19,817 nucleotides of DNA from Selaginella moellendorffii. Its lineage: Eukaryota; Plantae; Lycopodiophyta. The DNA lies in the NCBI RefSeq assembly GCF_000143415.4, contig NW_003314509.1, positions 1 through 19,817 on the forward strand, written 5' to 3'. Below the pieces are notes generated by a model. That model saw only the letters and a list, made by a program, of their open reading frames with translations. It was not told the DNA's origin and ran no database searches. Positions 1 to 10,975 of this stretch are shown here, piece after piece; within the stretch, counting starts at the first letter, position 1, and every line of letters begins with the position of its first letter. A program made the translations under genes and the position numbers.

Positions 1-1062
1 TATACTACTTGATATTGTTTAAAATCCTCTATCATATAATAAAATTTTATTAAAATGAAACAATTTATTGATAAATTTTAATTACGGAAAATTGTAACAA
101 ACTTCACAAATCTTAATGTTGGATGTTAAAATGTTATAGGACCAAGTCAAAAAAACATTAGTGACAGAATGTTTACCTTTCACTTCATCTTATTTAAATC
201 CATTAAAGTATATTTATTGGAATCAATCTCATCCTAACTCCAAAATTTATAACATATTTACTGATCTATTTTGAATGAAAATGATTATATATATCCTATC
301 AATATTTAACAACTAACTGTTATATAATAAAAGTTTAATACTAATTTTTGTTAGTCTGATTTTATTTAAAACTTTTATAAAAAATTTTAAACTGAAAATT
401 TTTAAGTAATTTATAAATGTCTTAAATACTATATTATAATAATATTTACGTTTAATGTTTTACTTTAGAAAAATAAATAACTAGAAATATAAACATATGA
501 ATTAATTAAGTTTAGATTATCTGATTTAGATTTTTTTCTAAATTTAAACAATATCTACTAAATTAAAAGCATTAGATTATAAAAAAAATAGTTTTACTTA
601 TATTTTTTGACTATTACTGACATTTTAGTTTAAAAGATAAAATAATCTTCAATTTAGATAGTGAATTAAATTACAAATAACACTATTCTTCCATATATAT
701 AAATTTATTTTATCCCACAAAATTAATAGTAAACATTTCTTCTATAAACCCCATACAATGTTTTATTAACAAAGTTCGTTTAATGAAATTTATTTTAAAA
801 TTTTTGAATTTAGCTATATCAAGCTATGTATATATTGGATTTTACTTAATTAATCTTTGGTTTTTTCCTTGATGTTGGTTCAAATAAATATATTAGTAAC
901 TGTTCATTATATAAATGGGAAGAAACTATGATTTGTTATTTAACTTTTTATAACAATAGCTTGAAATTACTTATTACAAAAATTTGAAATATTTATAATA
1001 GGATTTGGATCAGTTAACTCTTTAAATAACAAATTTCTTTTATAAATAAAATTATTTACCAT

Positions 1063-1162
1063 NNNNNNNNNNNNNNNNNNNNNNNNNNNNNNNNNNNNNN
1101 NNNNNNNNNNNNNNNNNNNNNNNNNNNNNNNNNNNNNNNNNNNNNNNNNNNNNNNNNNNNNN
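1063..1162. other. Assembly gap (100 N); further gaps at 2750-2849, 4825-4924 and 5849-6030
   Basis: Runs of N. The three 100-N gaps are probably placeholders of unknown size. Confidence 0.99.
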
Positions 1163-2119
1163 ACTTGTAAGAGCTTTTGTTTTTTTCCTTTTACATTAGA
1201 GTGTATTTGCAATATTTCTTATTTTATTTAAATCCTTCTTATTTTTGGTTGCCATATCTCTCTGAAAAATTAAATCATAAAATTATTTTAGAGATCTTAA
1301 GCCAACTTCTAATTCAAATTTCCTAATCATAGTGCTAAATCTATGAAATTTATCAATTTAAGCACTTTAAAAGCTTCTATATTATCAATAAATAATTTAT
1401 TTTGATAACTTGTTAATGTCCAAATTCCATGATCAATTTTTCCATCACCTCACAGCCACATATTTTCCTTTATTCTGCACACAACTAAATTTTTTTAGTA
1501 CTTAATTCATCACTTTTACTAGTAATAGTTTTATATATAGTTTGAAAAGAATTCTTAAATATATGCATATAATCCTTTAAAAATGCTACTGGCAACTTAT
1601 AAAAAATGGAAGTTGATAAAATGTGAATATAACCATTTTTTATCATTAGATAATGATATTTGATCTTCTAGTCTAACCAAATAATAATATGTTTCCTATT
1701 TTTTTTGAGTCATCTATCCTAGTATTGGTCAAATATAATTATGGCCATTAAATAAACTAATTAAAATTAGAAACTAATTTAAGTTTTAGAAATAATAACT
1801 AAAATCTTACATTCTATTAGTAGACCTAAATAGATAATCAATAGGTAAGAAACACCAATGACCAATATATATGCATTTTTATAAACTTCTTAACTATATT
1901 CGTAGAATCTAGATCCATAGTCTAGGTAAAAGTATTTTCCCATTAGTTTGAAGTCTTGAACAAAATCATAATCCAGGGAAATCATGAATAAACTATCACA
2001 CTACTTCTTTAAACTTAAAAACCTAATGACCCTCTGGCTTAAATTATCTTTCCATGGCACTTCATCCTATAATTGTTTCAACTCTTCCAAAAATAATGAC
2101 CAATAAATATTAGGTACTA

Positions 2120-2660
2120 GGAAGTTGAGAGCATCCCGAGCAGGAGTGATGCTGCAAGCCTGAGCTTACACCAGATCTTAAGCTTGACATTTCTCCAGTT
2201 TGTGGACAAAATGCACTGTTTCCAGCCAATGCTACAGATGTTGATACCAGCAGATTTTGCAAGGCTTTTCCACGACAAGCAGATGAACATTTTCATGTGA
2301 GACAGAGTCCAATCAACACCTTTGTCTACGAGCCCCTAGATGCAAAGCTCTCAAACATCCAAAACCATATTCTCCAGTACAAGAGGAGCATTCGAGGTAC
2401 AGCTTTCTAGGGATCTGTATGCACAAAGACTTAGCACATGATCGAGGAACTCCCCAAGGAGAATACAGAACTTTGAAATGAAATCCAGCTGTAGAGATAG
2501 GGTGCACTACAATAGAAGAACATGTTCAAGAATGAGCTCTTTGGAATCATAGCAGTAACAAAACAGCCTAATGCCATGGAGAAGTGAGAGCTTCAAGATG
2601 AAACTCAACTCAATCGTGGAAGAAAAGTGGACCATAGAAAATCAACTCTATATTTAAAAA
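2120..2660 (+). pseudogene. Decayed coding fragment of unknown family with a coiled-coil-like segment
   Basis: GC-richer island in AT-rich DNA. One frame reads ...PVCGQNALFPANATDVDTSRFCKAFPRQADEHFHVRQSPINTFVYEPLDAKLSNIQNHILQYKRSIRGTAF*GSVCTKT*HMIEELPKENTEL*NEIQL*R*GALQ*KNMFKNELFGII... All stops are TAG/TGA, as expected from CAG/CGA C>T decay. No family recognised. Confidence 0.5.
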
Positions 2661-3132
2661 CATCATCCTAAGTTTTGAGATTCAAACTTTGAGACTCAAG
2701 AATAGGAATGAGTGGCAGTTGCCCCATGTAAAACTAATTAAAGGGGTGANNNNNNNNNNNNNNNNNNNNNNNNNNNNNNNNNNNNNNNNNNNNNNNNNNN
2801 NNNNNNNNNNNNNNNNNNNNNNNNNNNNNNNNNNNNNNNNNNNNNNNNNTGCATATCCATATGCTCAAAATCTAGAGTACTCAAGTGATACTAACTTTAT
2901 TTGCTCATAACTTCAACAAAAGCCTTCTTAGAGATTGAAGGACTTAAGTCATTCCTTTTTTACTTTTTATGTGTTTATTTGTGTCTAGAGCAAAATGCAA
3001 AATCAAGTCAAACAAGTGTAGTAGCAAACATCCATTTTACTCTTACCTTTTTTTCTCTTTCACTCTTATTTTCTTTTCCTCTTTCTTTTCTAGTACAAAC
3101 TTTTAGCACATAGACTTTTACCCAAATTTCTA

Positions 3133-3905
3133 GGAATGGCTTATTCTGACCTTTAAAGTGATGATTGTAAAATATATGAACTTTCAACATTTAAATTAAG
3201 CTGAATATTTGGTATCTCTTTGGTATATATATATATTACGAGGGTATAAAATTCCATTGGTGCTTCACCATATTAACTCTTATATGGTTATTATTTGATA
3301 CTGCCAACAAAGTTAAGTTTACTTTTGTGATTGCTATAAACTACCGATGCTAGGTTTTGGGATCAATATTTGTTGAGCATTCTTCCATTTGTTTGAGTGG
3401 AGTTTATTAAGCACTTAAGTTATATATAAGTGGGATAATAACAACACAACAACTTCCATCATTATCCATCAGTGAAGTATAAAGTGGATGACTTGGTATT
3501 AATTCATTTTCCTAATGTTACAATATATGGTTTGTCTAAGGGGCCCCTTATTCAGTGGAACGGACCATATTAAATATTGTGGTAAGTTAAACTACATATT
3601 TATAAGGTTTGGTAAAATATTCAACAAACCAATCCTTTAGAAATTATATATATGCAATAACTTAAACACTTTGTATAAAGGGATCAGGCACCACGTACAA
3701 ATCCACCAATGCCTCCTCTTGATGTTCCTCTAAATCCTAGCCTATCAACTTGAAAACCTTAACTACCTTTCATCCTTCTAAAAACATAATGTGAGGTCTA
3801 AGTGTATAATTATGATGTTGTATATAAATATTAGTATAGTGGTATTTTGATAGTCATCAGATTGACTACAATTTAGACCACTTACTTTTGTATATAAACT
3901 ATGGC
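3133..3905 (+). mobile_element. Old degenerate Ty3/gypsy fragment (integrase C-terminal half plus truncated 3' LTR), same family as the 5761-10620 element, opposite orientation
   Basis: 3133-3575 aligns by eye to the reverse complement of ~6035-6465 (e.g. attggtgcttcaccatat; gagcattcttcca; aaagtggatga; tctaaggggc; ggaccatat). 3790-3905 (TGTGAGgtctaagtgtat...) aligns to the reverse complement of the 10452-10620 LTR. Confidence 0.9.
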
Positions 3906-4469
3906 TTCACTAAGAGTGCTACTTAAGCTATAAATGAGGCTAGAAATAAAACCCCTTTTAATGGCATCTTTCTCAATATTAGATCAAGAGAGTAATAAAT
4001 AGCTCAATGAAGTTATCAGTCTTTATATTTTTTCTTAGTGAAAATCTGATAACTAAATTATTTTATTAATACTATATACTTAATATATATATCCAATCAA
4101 TATAATTTATTGGGAGTAGGTAAAAATACCATAATATAACTAGTAAATTTTAGAAATATAATAAATTTACTTTTAAATAGGACAGAGAAAAAATATAATT
4201 AAATAGAGAATGGATATAAGTGACAATACAAGTGATAAAGAAGAAACCATTGATATTTTATCCACTTGAAAAGTTCTTCACCACTTAAGAAATAATAAGC
4301 TTAAATAGAATATTAATTATATAGTATCTTTTAATTCCTTTAAAAGAATTAAATATCCTCAATTTCTTTAAAGGGAGAAATTAAGAAGCATTTGAGGTGG
4401 TATTACTTAAAAAACAAGCAAGTATATTCCTAGAGGCAATTCCTCCTTTCCTCTATTTTTTTTCTTCCA

Positions 4470-5409
4470 ATGCTTGGGCTTCTTCCCATCAATCTTCTTG
4501 TAGATTCAATGCTGCCCATTTCACTCCACCCACAGCCCCTTGAGATCTACAAAGAGATCTACCACCTTATGCACAAACTGGTAGTTGGCTCCATTGAAGT
4601 AATTGTGCCCAAATATGATGAATCTGCCATTGGGCCACATGGGTGAGTGTTAAGATCATATCCCTTACATCCTAAGCCAACTGGCTAAAGGGGTGATTAC
4701 TTGATTGTAAGGCCCTTTCTTTATCCTATTATCCTGACCTGGTGCCTAACAATCCTCCCCTTTCGTAGGGAATGATCGTCCGCGATCATACTTAGGCCAC
4801 CCTCTGATCACTATGGTCCTTCTCNNNNNNNNNNNNNNNNNNNNNNNNNNNNNNNNNNNNNNNNNNNNNNNNNNNNNNNNNNNNNNNNNNNNNNNNNNNN
4901 NNNNNNNNNNNNNNNNNNNNNNNNATTTATGCCCCACTTGTCAGCCACAAGAATCGAACTGGGCTCCAATACCAATATTATTATCTGGCGCAAAAAGACA
5001 GAGATTTAGTCGCCCTAGACTATGCTATGCCACCTCTTGAGGTTCCTCACCACCCAACCACCCCTGAGCTACCTCAAAAGCTCCACTACGCCGCCGCTCC
5101 TTTGTGAGCCCTAGGGTAGGTTAAGTCCCTTACCCTAACATGCTTTATATACCCTTGAGCCTCCCTTTGACTGACGTTGACCATGTAGTCAAAGTTGGCG
5201 CCTAACAGTGAGCATGCGAGATTGATGTCCATCCATGTCGAGTGGAAATCATGCCAACATCCATTTCAATCAGATTTGCCGAGATCCCCAACATGCACAG
5301 CTTGTAGAGCCCCATGTTGGTGGAGAATGGCATTGGCACAATGTTGTTACTAGCATTGGAGAAGGCCATATTACAAAAATTGGTTAAAGAGCATTACATT
5401 GCTGTGCAC
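4470..5409 (-). pseudogene. Pseudo-exon of a plant class I SAM-dependent methyltransferase (Methyltransf_24-like), interrupted by an LTR insertion
   Basis: Starts after a ttttccAG acceptor (5410/5409). With frameshifts it reads VHSNVMLFNQF..NMAFSNASNNIVPMPFSTNMG/LYKLCMLGISANLIEMDVG/HDFHSTWMDINLACS|PMWPNGRFIIFGHNYFNGANYQFVHKVVDLFVDLKGLWVE*NGQH*I. This resembles the plant motif series PFST..DLIEVDAGHDFHSAW.DIN.A..IFGHDYF..V.LFA..DGQHW (recalled, not searched). The frame is continuous across the insertion. Confidence 0.8.
4648..5207 (-). mobile_element. LTR retrotransposon insertion, internal region hidden in an N gap, with 5-bp TSD GTGAG
   Basis: Termini TGTTA...TAACA. GTGAG at 4643-4647 and 5208-5212. 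Minus-strand PPT GAAAGGGGAGGAT (4752-4764) next to terminal segment 4648-4751. Minus-strand PBS TGGTATTGGAGCC (4962-4974) next to terminal segment 4976-5207. Confidence 0.88.
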
Positions 5410-5760
5410 CTGGAAAAATTATAAGTTGATATGGCTCTTTGTTTTACTGTAAATAAAGGATCATATTAGCTTTTAGTTTTTCTAAGTTCAACAAAATATG
5501 TAACAAAAGGTAATTATGGATGAAATAATTAGTCATTTGAAGGGTTTTTTAAGCATGTAAGTCATACTTCTATTGAATTCTTAAATAATATATACTTATT
5601 TTTATTATATTTAAATGGGATTTTTGATAATTCATACAAAGCTAAACCTTAATTAAATTGTATAAAAAACTTCACATTGATGTTAATCATATTAGTCAAA
5701 CAACAGTACTTAAGTAATTTAATTTAAAAAAATTTAATTAATTTATACACTATCATTAGT

Positions 5761-5848
5761 TGTGAGTACTTGGAATATGGAAAGGGAATATAGAAAATGT
5801 GCATCTTAATTAGCCCAAATACCCTAGCTTATATACAAGAGTGAGTGG
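5761..5848 (-). repeat. 3' LTR (partial, runs into N gap) of the tRNA-Ala gypsy element
   Basis: tgtgagtacttggaatatggaaagggaata...aattagcccaaa...gagtgg matches 10452-10531. Confidence 0.9.
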
Positions 5849-6030
5849 NNNNNNNNNNNNNNNNNNNNNNNNNNNNNNNNNNNNNNNNNNNNNNNNNNNN
5901 NNNNNNNNNNNNNNNNNNNNNNNNNNNNNNNNNNNNNNNNNNNNNNNNNNNNNNNNNNNNNNNNNNNNNNNNNNNNNNNNNNNNNNNNNNNNNNNNNNNN
6001 NNNNNNNNNNNNNNNNNNNNNNNNNNNNNN

Positions 6031-9000
6031 TAACACTCGATATGGTCCTTTCCCTGCGCAAGGAGCCCCTTAGATAAACCACATACTGTAAGATGGGGAA
6101 AATAGACTAACACCAAATCATCCACTTTGTACTCTGCAAGTGGACGATGATGGGAGTTGTAGTGCCATTGTTGTCCCATTTGTACATGGCCTAAGTGTGT
6201 GGCAAACTTAGCTTGGACAAGTGGAAGAATGCTCGTTAAATACTGATCCCACGATCAAGCATCGGCAGCTCGTGGCAAGGTAAACCCAGCTCCATTGGTA
6301 ATATTGGATCATGACTATATAAAAGTTTATATGGTGAAGCACCAATAGAACTCTACACCCCTGTGACATATGCATACCGAAGAGACGGCAAATAACCATC
6401 CCAATCCGAATGCTAAAAGTTCATATACTTCGTAATCATCCTTTTGAATGTCTGAACGAGCCGTTCCACCAGATTGTCTAATTGTGGATGATAAGCACTT
6501 GTGAAAGTGTGGCGTATCCCCAACCAAGACGTCAAAACATGAAATGCCTCAGCCACAAATGCGGACTATTATCCGAAAGAATTTGCTTTGGACAAGAATG
6601 CTGGAACACCACTCGATTGAGGAGGAAATATCCAACAGCAGTTGCAAAGGTGCTAGCAAAAGCACCAACTTCCACCTAACGAGTCAAGTAGTCAGAAGCA
6701 ATAATAACATACTCATTGCTAACAATCGACTGTGGAAAGGTCCCATAAGATCAAATGCTACCAACTCAAATGGATGAGAAATTATAATTGACTCCAACCG
6801 TCCTTCCGCAACACGAGGAGGAGTATTACGAGCTTGGCACCAAATGTAGCTATGCACATATCGAATAATATCATGTCGCATCTCCGGCAAATAGAAAGAC
6901 CTGTGCAACTTCTTGGTTACACGACAATGTCCCATATACCCACCTAGAATAGGAGAATCATGGTAAACTGCAAAATAAAGACAGAAGACACCACCAGCCG
7001 TAAATGATTATCAGGATCCGTCCCCACAAAATAAAGAAGGCCGTCTCTTCAAGGCGATATTGAGAATGTAAATGCCAGAAAGGCAAATCATTAGCAAGTG
7101 ATGCAGGATTCTCAAACCCATCTCGAATCTTTCGAATCCATGGCTGAATCTTTTGAGCATTGTAAACCTCATCAAGAGAAAGTAAATCTTGCTTTGCGCC
7201 TTGTAGACATTGAACGTCAAGTACAGCAACTACCGATGGCAATGAATCCTTGTCTAGAAAATCCACAGATGTAGGAACAATAGGTTCATCAAAAATATGA
7301 GAAGAGAGTGGAAAAGGAAGAGGAGCTCGAGAAAAGATATCAGCATCAGCCATAGAACTCCCTGGGCGATGAATAACATCAAAATTAGTTATTTGAAGCT
7401 TCAAAGCCCATTGAGCAATACGACAAACCAGGTTCTTCCACTTCAATAATGAAGTAATAGCAGCATGGTCACCTTCAAGTAACGTCCGAGAACCATGTAG
7501 ATATGCATGAAGTTTCTTGAAACCCCAGACTACTGCTAAATACTCCTTCTTTGTTGTGGAGTAGTTTATCTCCGCTGGTTGTAATGTACGGCTTATATAT
7601 GCTATGGGATGGTGCTGACTAAGCACATTCGAGCTCTCTTGCATCAACACACCTCCAAGACCAATGTCAAAAGCATCCACATGCAAAATAAAAGGTTGAG
7701 TGTAGTTAGGATATGCCAAAACCGGAAGAGTTGTTAATAGGTCTTTGAGATCCACGAACACCCACTCACAATCCAGAGACCAGATGAAAGATGACGCTGA
7801 TGACTTCAGCAACACTCGCAACAGTGCAGTGCAATCAAAAAAATGATCCACAAAACGACCAAGATACTGCACCTTGCCCAGGAAGCACTGCACATCATTC
7901 ACACACTTCGGAGTAAGGAACTTTAGAACAGCCACAAGTTTGTAAGGATCAACTTGCAAACCCTCACGAAAAACACGGTACCCAAGATAAATTGTGTTTT
8001 TGGACCCAAACACGCACTTCGACCGCTTCAGCTTTAAACCAACATCGTGTAGCCGATCCAACACTTTACAAACATCATGAATGTGCTCCTCCCACACGTC
8101 TCCTCCAAGTGGATCAAGACATCATCAATGAAGTCAGTAGTCACCTCTGGCATATCGCAAAGAACCTTGTCCGTTATCCGCTGAAAAGTTACTGAAGCAT
8201 TGTTTAAACCAAATAGCATCACCAAGAACTTGTACAAACCAAATAGTATACAAAAAGTAGTCTTAGGAATATCTTCTTTGGCCATCCGTACTTGCCAGTA
8301 CCTAGAAGTAAGATCTAGGTTGTTGAATCAACGACTTTGCCCAAGCAATCCAAGAGATCAATAGTGTGATGAAGAGGGTAAACATCTAGGATCATCACTT
8401 TGTTTAACAAACAATAGTCGATGCAGAAACAAATACTCCCATTAGGCTTCATCACAAGATGAGGTTCATATGCCCAAGGATTCCACGACTTCCGAATAAC
8501 ACCCTTTTCCAACATCTCTTTGACGTTTGCACGTAAAATTTTGATCTCCTTGGGTGACTGACAACGAATAAAAACCTTGATTCAATGAGCATCCTCGGTT
8601 GGAATCGAATGACATGTGGCAATCTTAGCCTTAGATGATAGGTCAAATTCAAAGAGATCAGAATACTCCTTTATGAGCTGGTCAACTATTGCAACACAAA
8701 GATTGTCAAAGGGATTGGAAAAGGGAAAAGCAGAATAAAACAAAAACATAAGAGGAAATAGTGGGGGAACAAAAGTAATGGAAGTAGAGGTAAAAGTAGA
8801 GAGACAAAGAGGTATGGAAGTGAGAGGAATGGATGAAACATAAGGAAGTATGAGACAAGGGGGAGAAGCTTCAAAGTCACATTTAGCATGATTGCGCTGT
8901 AACTAATCCATACTAAGAATGAGGTCAAAAGCTTGACTCGGCACCACCCGCAATGACTGCAACTCAAGCTCAAGATCGCCCACATACACAACCAGGTCTG

Positions 9001-10217
9001 CCTCATCCCATGCACATATATGTGTACGGCTATTGCCATAAAGAATGAAAACTGGTTCCACCGCACAATGCAAGTGTAGACGGCAACGTGTGGCAATAGG
9101 TCGAACAATAGAAAATAAACTTGAACCTGTATCAACCAACACAGAGAGAATAATAGGAGACCTCTTGTTATAAAAATGAGTTTGGAAAGCAAACACTGGA
9201 TGAACCGATGCCAAGTGAACCCCTTGATAATACTCTCGAAAGAAAGATGGAGGGGTCACTAACTTATTTGTGCAAGGTCCTTTGTTACTTGTGTGACTCC
9301 TCATTTCCCGAATGCATCTTGGTGTCCAAACCTTCCACTACAGTAGCACCAATAGGATGTTGCTGACACCAAGGTCTCCACCCAGGAAATGGAGGTCGCT
9401 AATCCGGAAAATGTTGACAACGCTGATAAGTATGACCAACTTCATCACACGCCCAGCAGCGAACATCACGGCCACAACTACGTCCTCGCCCTTGTCCTTG
9501 GATTCGAGTAGCAGTAGCATCAACCTCCATTGGAATATAACCATCACCCATAGGAAGTGGAGCTGAAAGATGTGTAACGAGAAGTGGAAGAGGCGACATC
9601 TTATAACATTGTGCCAAGCGGAGAGCATCATCAAGGGTGGTAGGAGCAAGTGCATGCACAATTCTGACAAGATCTTGACAAAGTGCTGGCCATAACATTC
9701 CTAGTTTGATCCGCTCCGACATATTTGGCTCCACACGAAGCAAAAGACTTCGGAAACAAATGCCAAATTGCATCACTGACTCAGATGGCCTTTGGCGAAG
9801 ATGATGCAATTGTTGGAAGGCATCATCACAGTCGTCGGCATGTCCGAAGGTGCATTTGAAGATGTCCAGGAGAACACTCCAATCCCCACGAGTGGCTTCG
9901 CTCAAACCATTGTACCACTATAATGCTATCCCTTGAAAACACATGGGAAACTCACGCAAATGTTAAGCATCATCCTAAGAATGATATGTGGCAATCACCG
10001 TGAAGTGATCGAACCAAAGGTACATATCATCCCCAAGATTTCTGCGAAAGAACTCCGGCCGAACATGAGGATTGGCACCAAGAGCAGGAGGAGTTGTACC
10101 ATGTGTCGTGAATGCTGCCATCAACAGAGTTTCGTTGTTTAATTGCAAATGCATAGCATTAAGCAATTGTACCAATTGCTGCTCCAGAGTCAAAAGAGGA
10201 GATTGTTGATCTACCAT
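6031..10217 (-). pseudogene. gag-pol pseudogene (many stops and frameshifts)
   Basis: Gag: RPEFF..DD..LW, LRQRPSESV, PMEVD, zinc knuckle CWACDEVGHTYQRC (~9410-10217). Protease LVDTGSS (~9119-9139), FDLILSMD. RT FCIDYCLLN, FGLNNASVTFQR, FIDDVLI (~8120-8515). RNase H LHVDAFDIGLGGVLMQ, NYSTTKKEYLAVVW, ADADIFSR. Integrase zinc-finger remnant and PFELVAFDLMGPF (<6963). Confidence 0.95.
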
Positions 10218-10280
10218 GAAGATGAACGAAAAAGAAATAGCAAAAGAAGAGAAATGATAAAAAGCTAGAATGAAATGGTA

Positions 10281-10398
10281 GATCTAGACAATGCAAAAAA
10301 GCTAAATCTAAACTAAAATCATGAAAGGAAAGAATAAAAGAAAGGAAATGGAAAAAGTTAGATCTAGACGATGCAAAAGCTAAATCTAAACCAAAATC
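10281..10398. repeat. Short direct repeat (~40 bp, 80-bp spacing) in the element 5' UTR
   Basis: gatctagacaatgcaaaaaagctaaatctaaactaaaatc (10281-10320) versus gatctagacgatgcaaaagctaaatctaaaccaaaatc (10361-10398). Confidence 0.8.
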
Positions 10399-10432
10399 CT
10401 AAATCCAAGCACTCCTTAGGGACAATCAAAGT

Positions 10433-10450
10433 TACCCCTCATCTCCACCA
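10433..10450 (-). promoter_or_regulatory. Primer binding site complementary to tRNA-Ala
   Basis: Plus strand TACCCCTCATCTCCACCA versus the plant tRNA-Ala 3' end TACCCCGCATCTCCACCA as recalled (17/18). It lies 1 nt from the LTR. Confidence 0.85.
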
Positions 10451-10451
10451 A

Positions 10452-10620
10452 TGTGAGTGCTTGGAATATGAAAAGGGAATACAAAAATTGTGCATATCAA
10501 TTAGCCCAAAAACCATATACAGAAGCGAGTGGTTCGGATTGAAACCAATCCAACGGCTACCAAAATCCCATTACGCTAATATTAGTATATGGCATCATAG
10601 CCATACACTTGGCCCTCACA
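10452..10620 (-). repeat. 5' LTR, 169 bp
   Basis: TGTGAG...CTCACA terminal inverted repeat, adjacent PBS, homologous copies at 5761 and 3790. Confidence 0.93.
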
Positions 10621-10975
10621 TATTGTAACTAAAAGAACAAACACAAAGAATACTTGTCTAAAAAAAAAACCTATTCTTTACTTTTGTCTTTAAGTAATAG
10701 CTTCTAAAGTGAAACTTTGAGGAGTAGTGACTATGATGTTGTATAGCCTCCTAGATATCAAGAACATTTAAGATCCTATACTATTTTATTGCAGGTGCCA
10801 TAGCATAAGAAAGAATAGGGGGTGAGAGAGCACAAGATAAGGACATGAATCTGTAGAAAGATGCTTGTTGAGAGCTCTCACCACCTTTCTGAATTATTAA
10901 AAATAGCAGATTAAGATTCTTCTACCTAATCAGACATCCATTACAAACCATGGTCAGCACTCAGACTCAGAGTGT

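Larger units (their letters stand above)
5761..10620 (-). mobile_element. Degenerate near-full-length Ty3/gypsy LTR retrotransposon (gag-PR-RT-RH-IN), tRNA-Ala primed, short LTRs
   Basis: Direct repeats at 5761-5848 (cut by gap) and 10452-10620, PBS at 10433-10450, domain order PR-RT-RH-IN. Possible 4-bp TSD TAGT (5757-5760) / TATT (10621-10624) with one mismatch. Confidence 0.95.

Noticed and set aside
1-2110. Possible extremely decayed minus-strand LINE in the AT-rich left end
   Set aside because: Only vague Trp/Lys spacing. No diagnostic RT or endonuclease motif could be read.
967-6179. ORFs containing long X runs
   Set aside because: Artefacts of translating through N gaps. Only the 6031-6179 part is real, as the integrase tail.
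8686-9192. Hydrophobic 168-aa ORF that might be an env or membrane protein
   Set aside because: Alternative frame over the protease and a pyrimidine-rich PR-RT linker. It is in the wrong position for env, and the hydrophobicity follows from base composition.
10795-10830. ERIGGE after a ttgcAG as an upstream ackA exon
   Set aside because: Short match with an adjacent stop. A better-placed E*I candidate exists at ~10979, so this cannot be supported.
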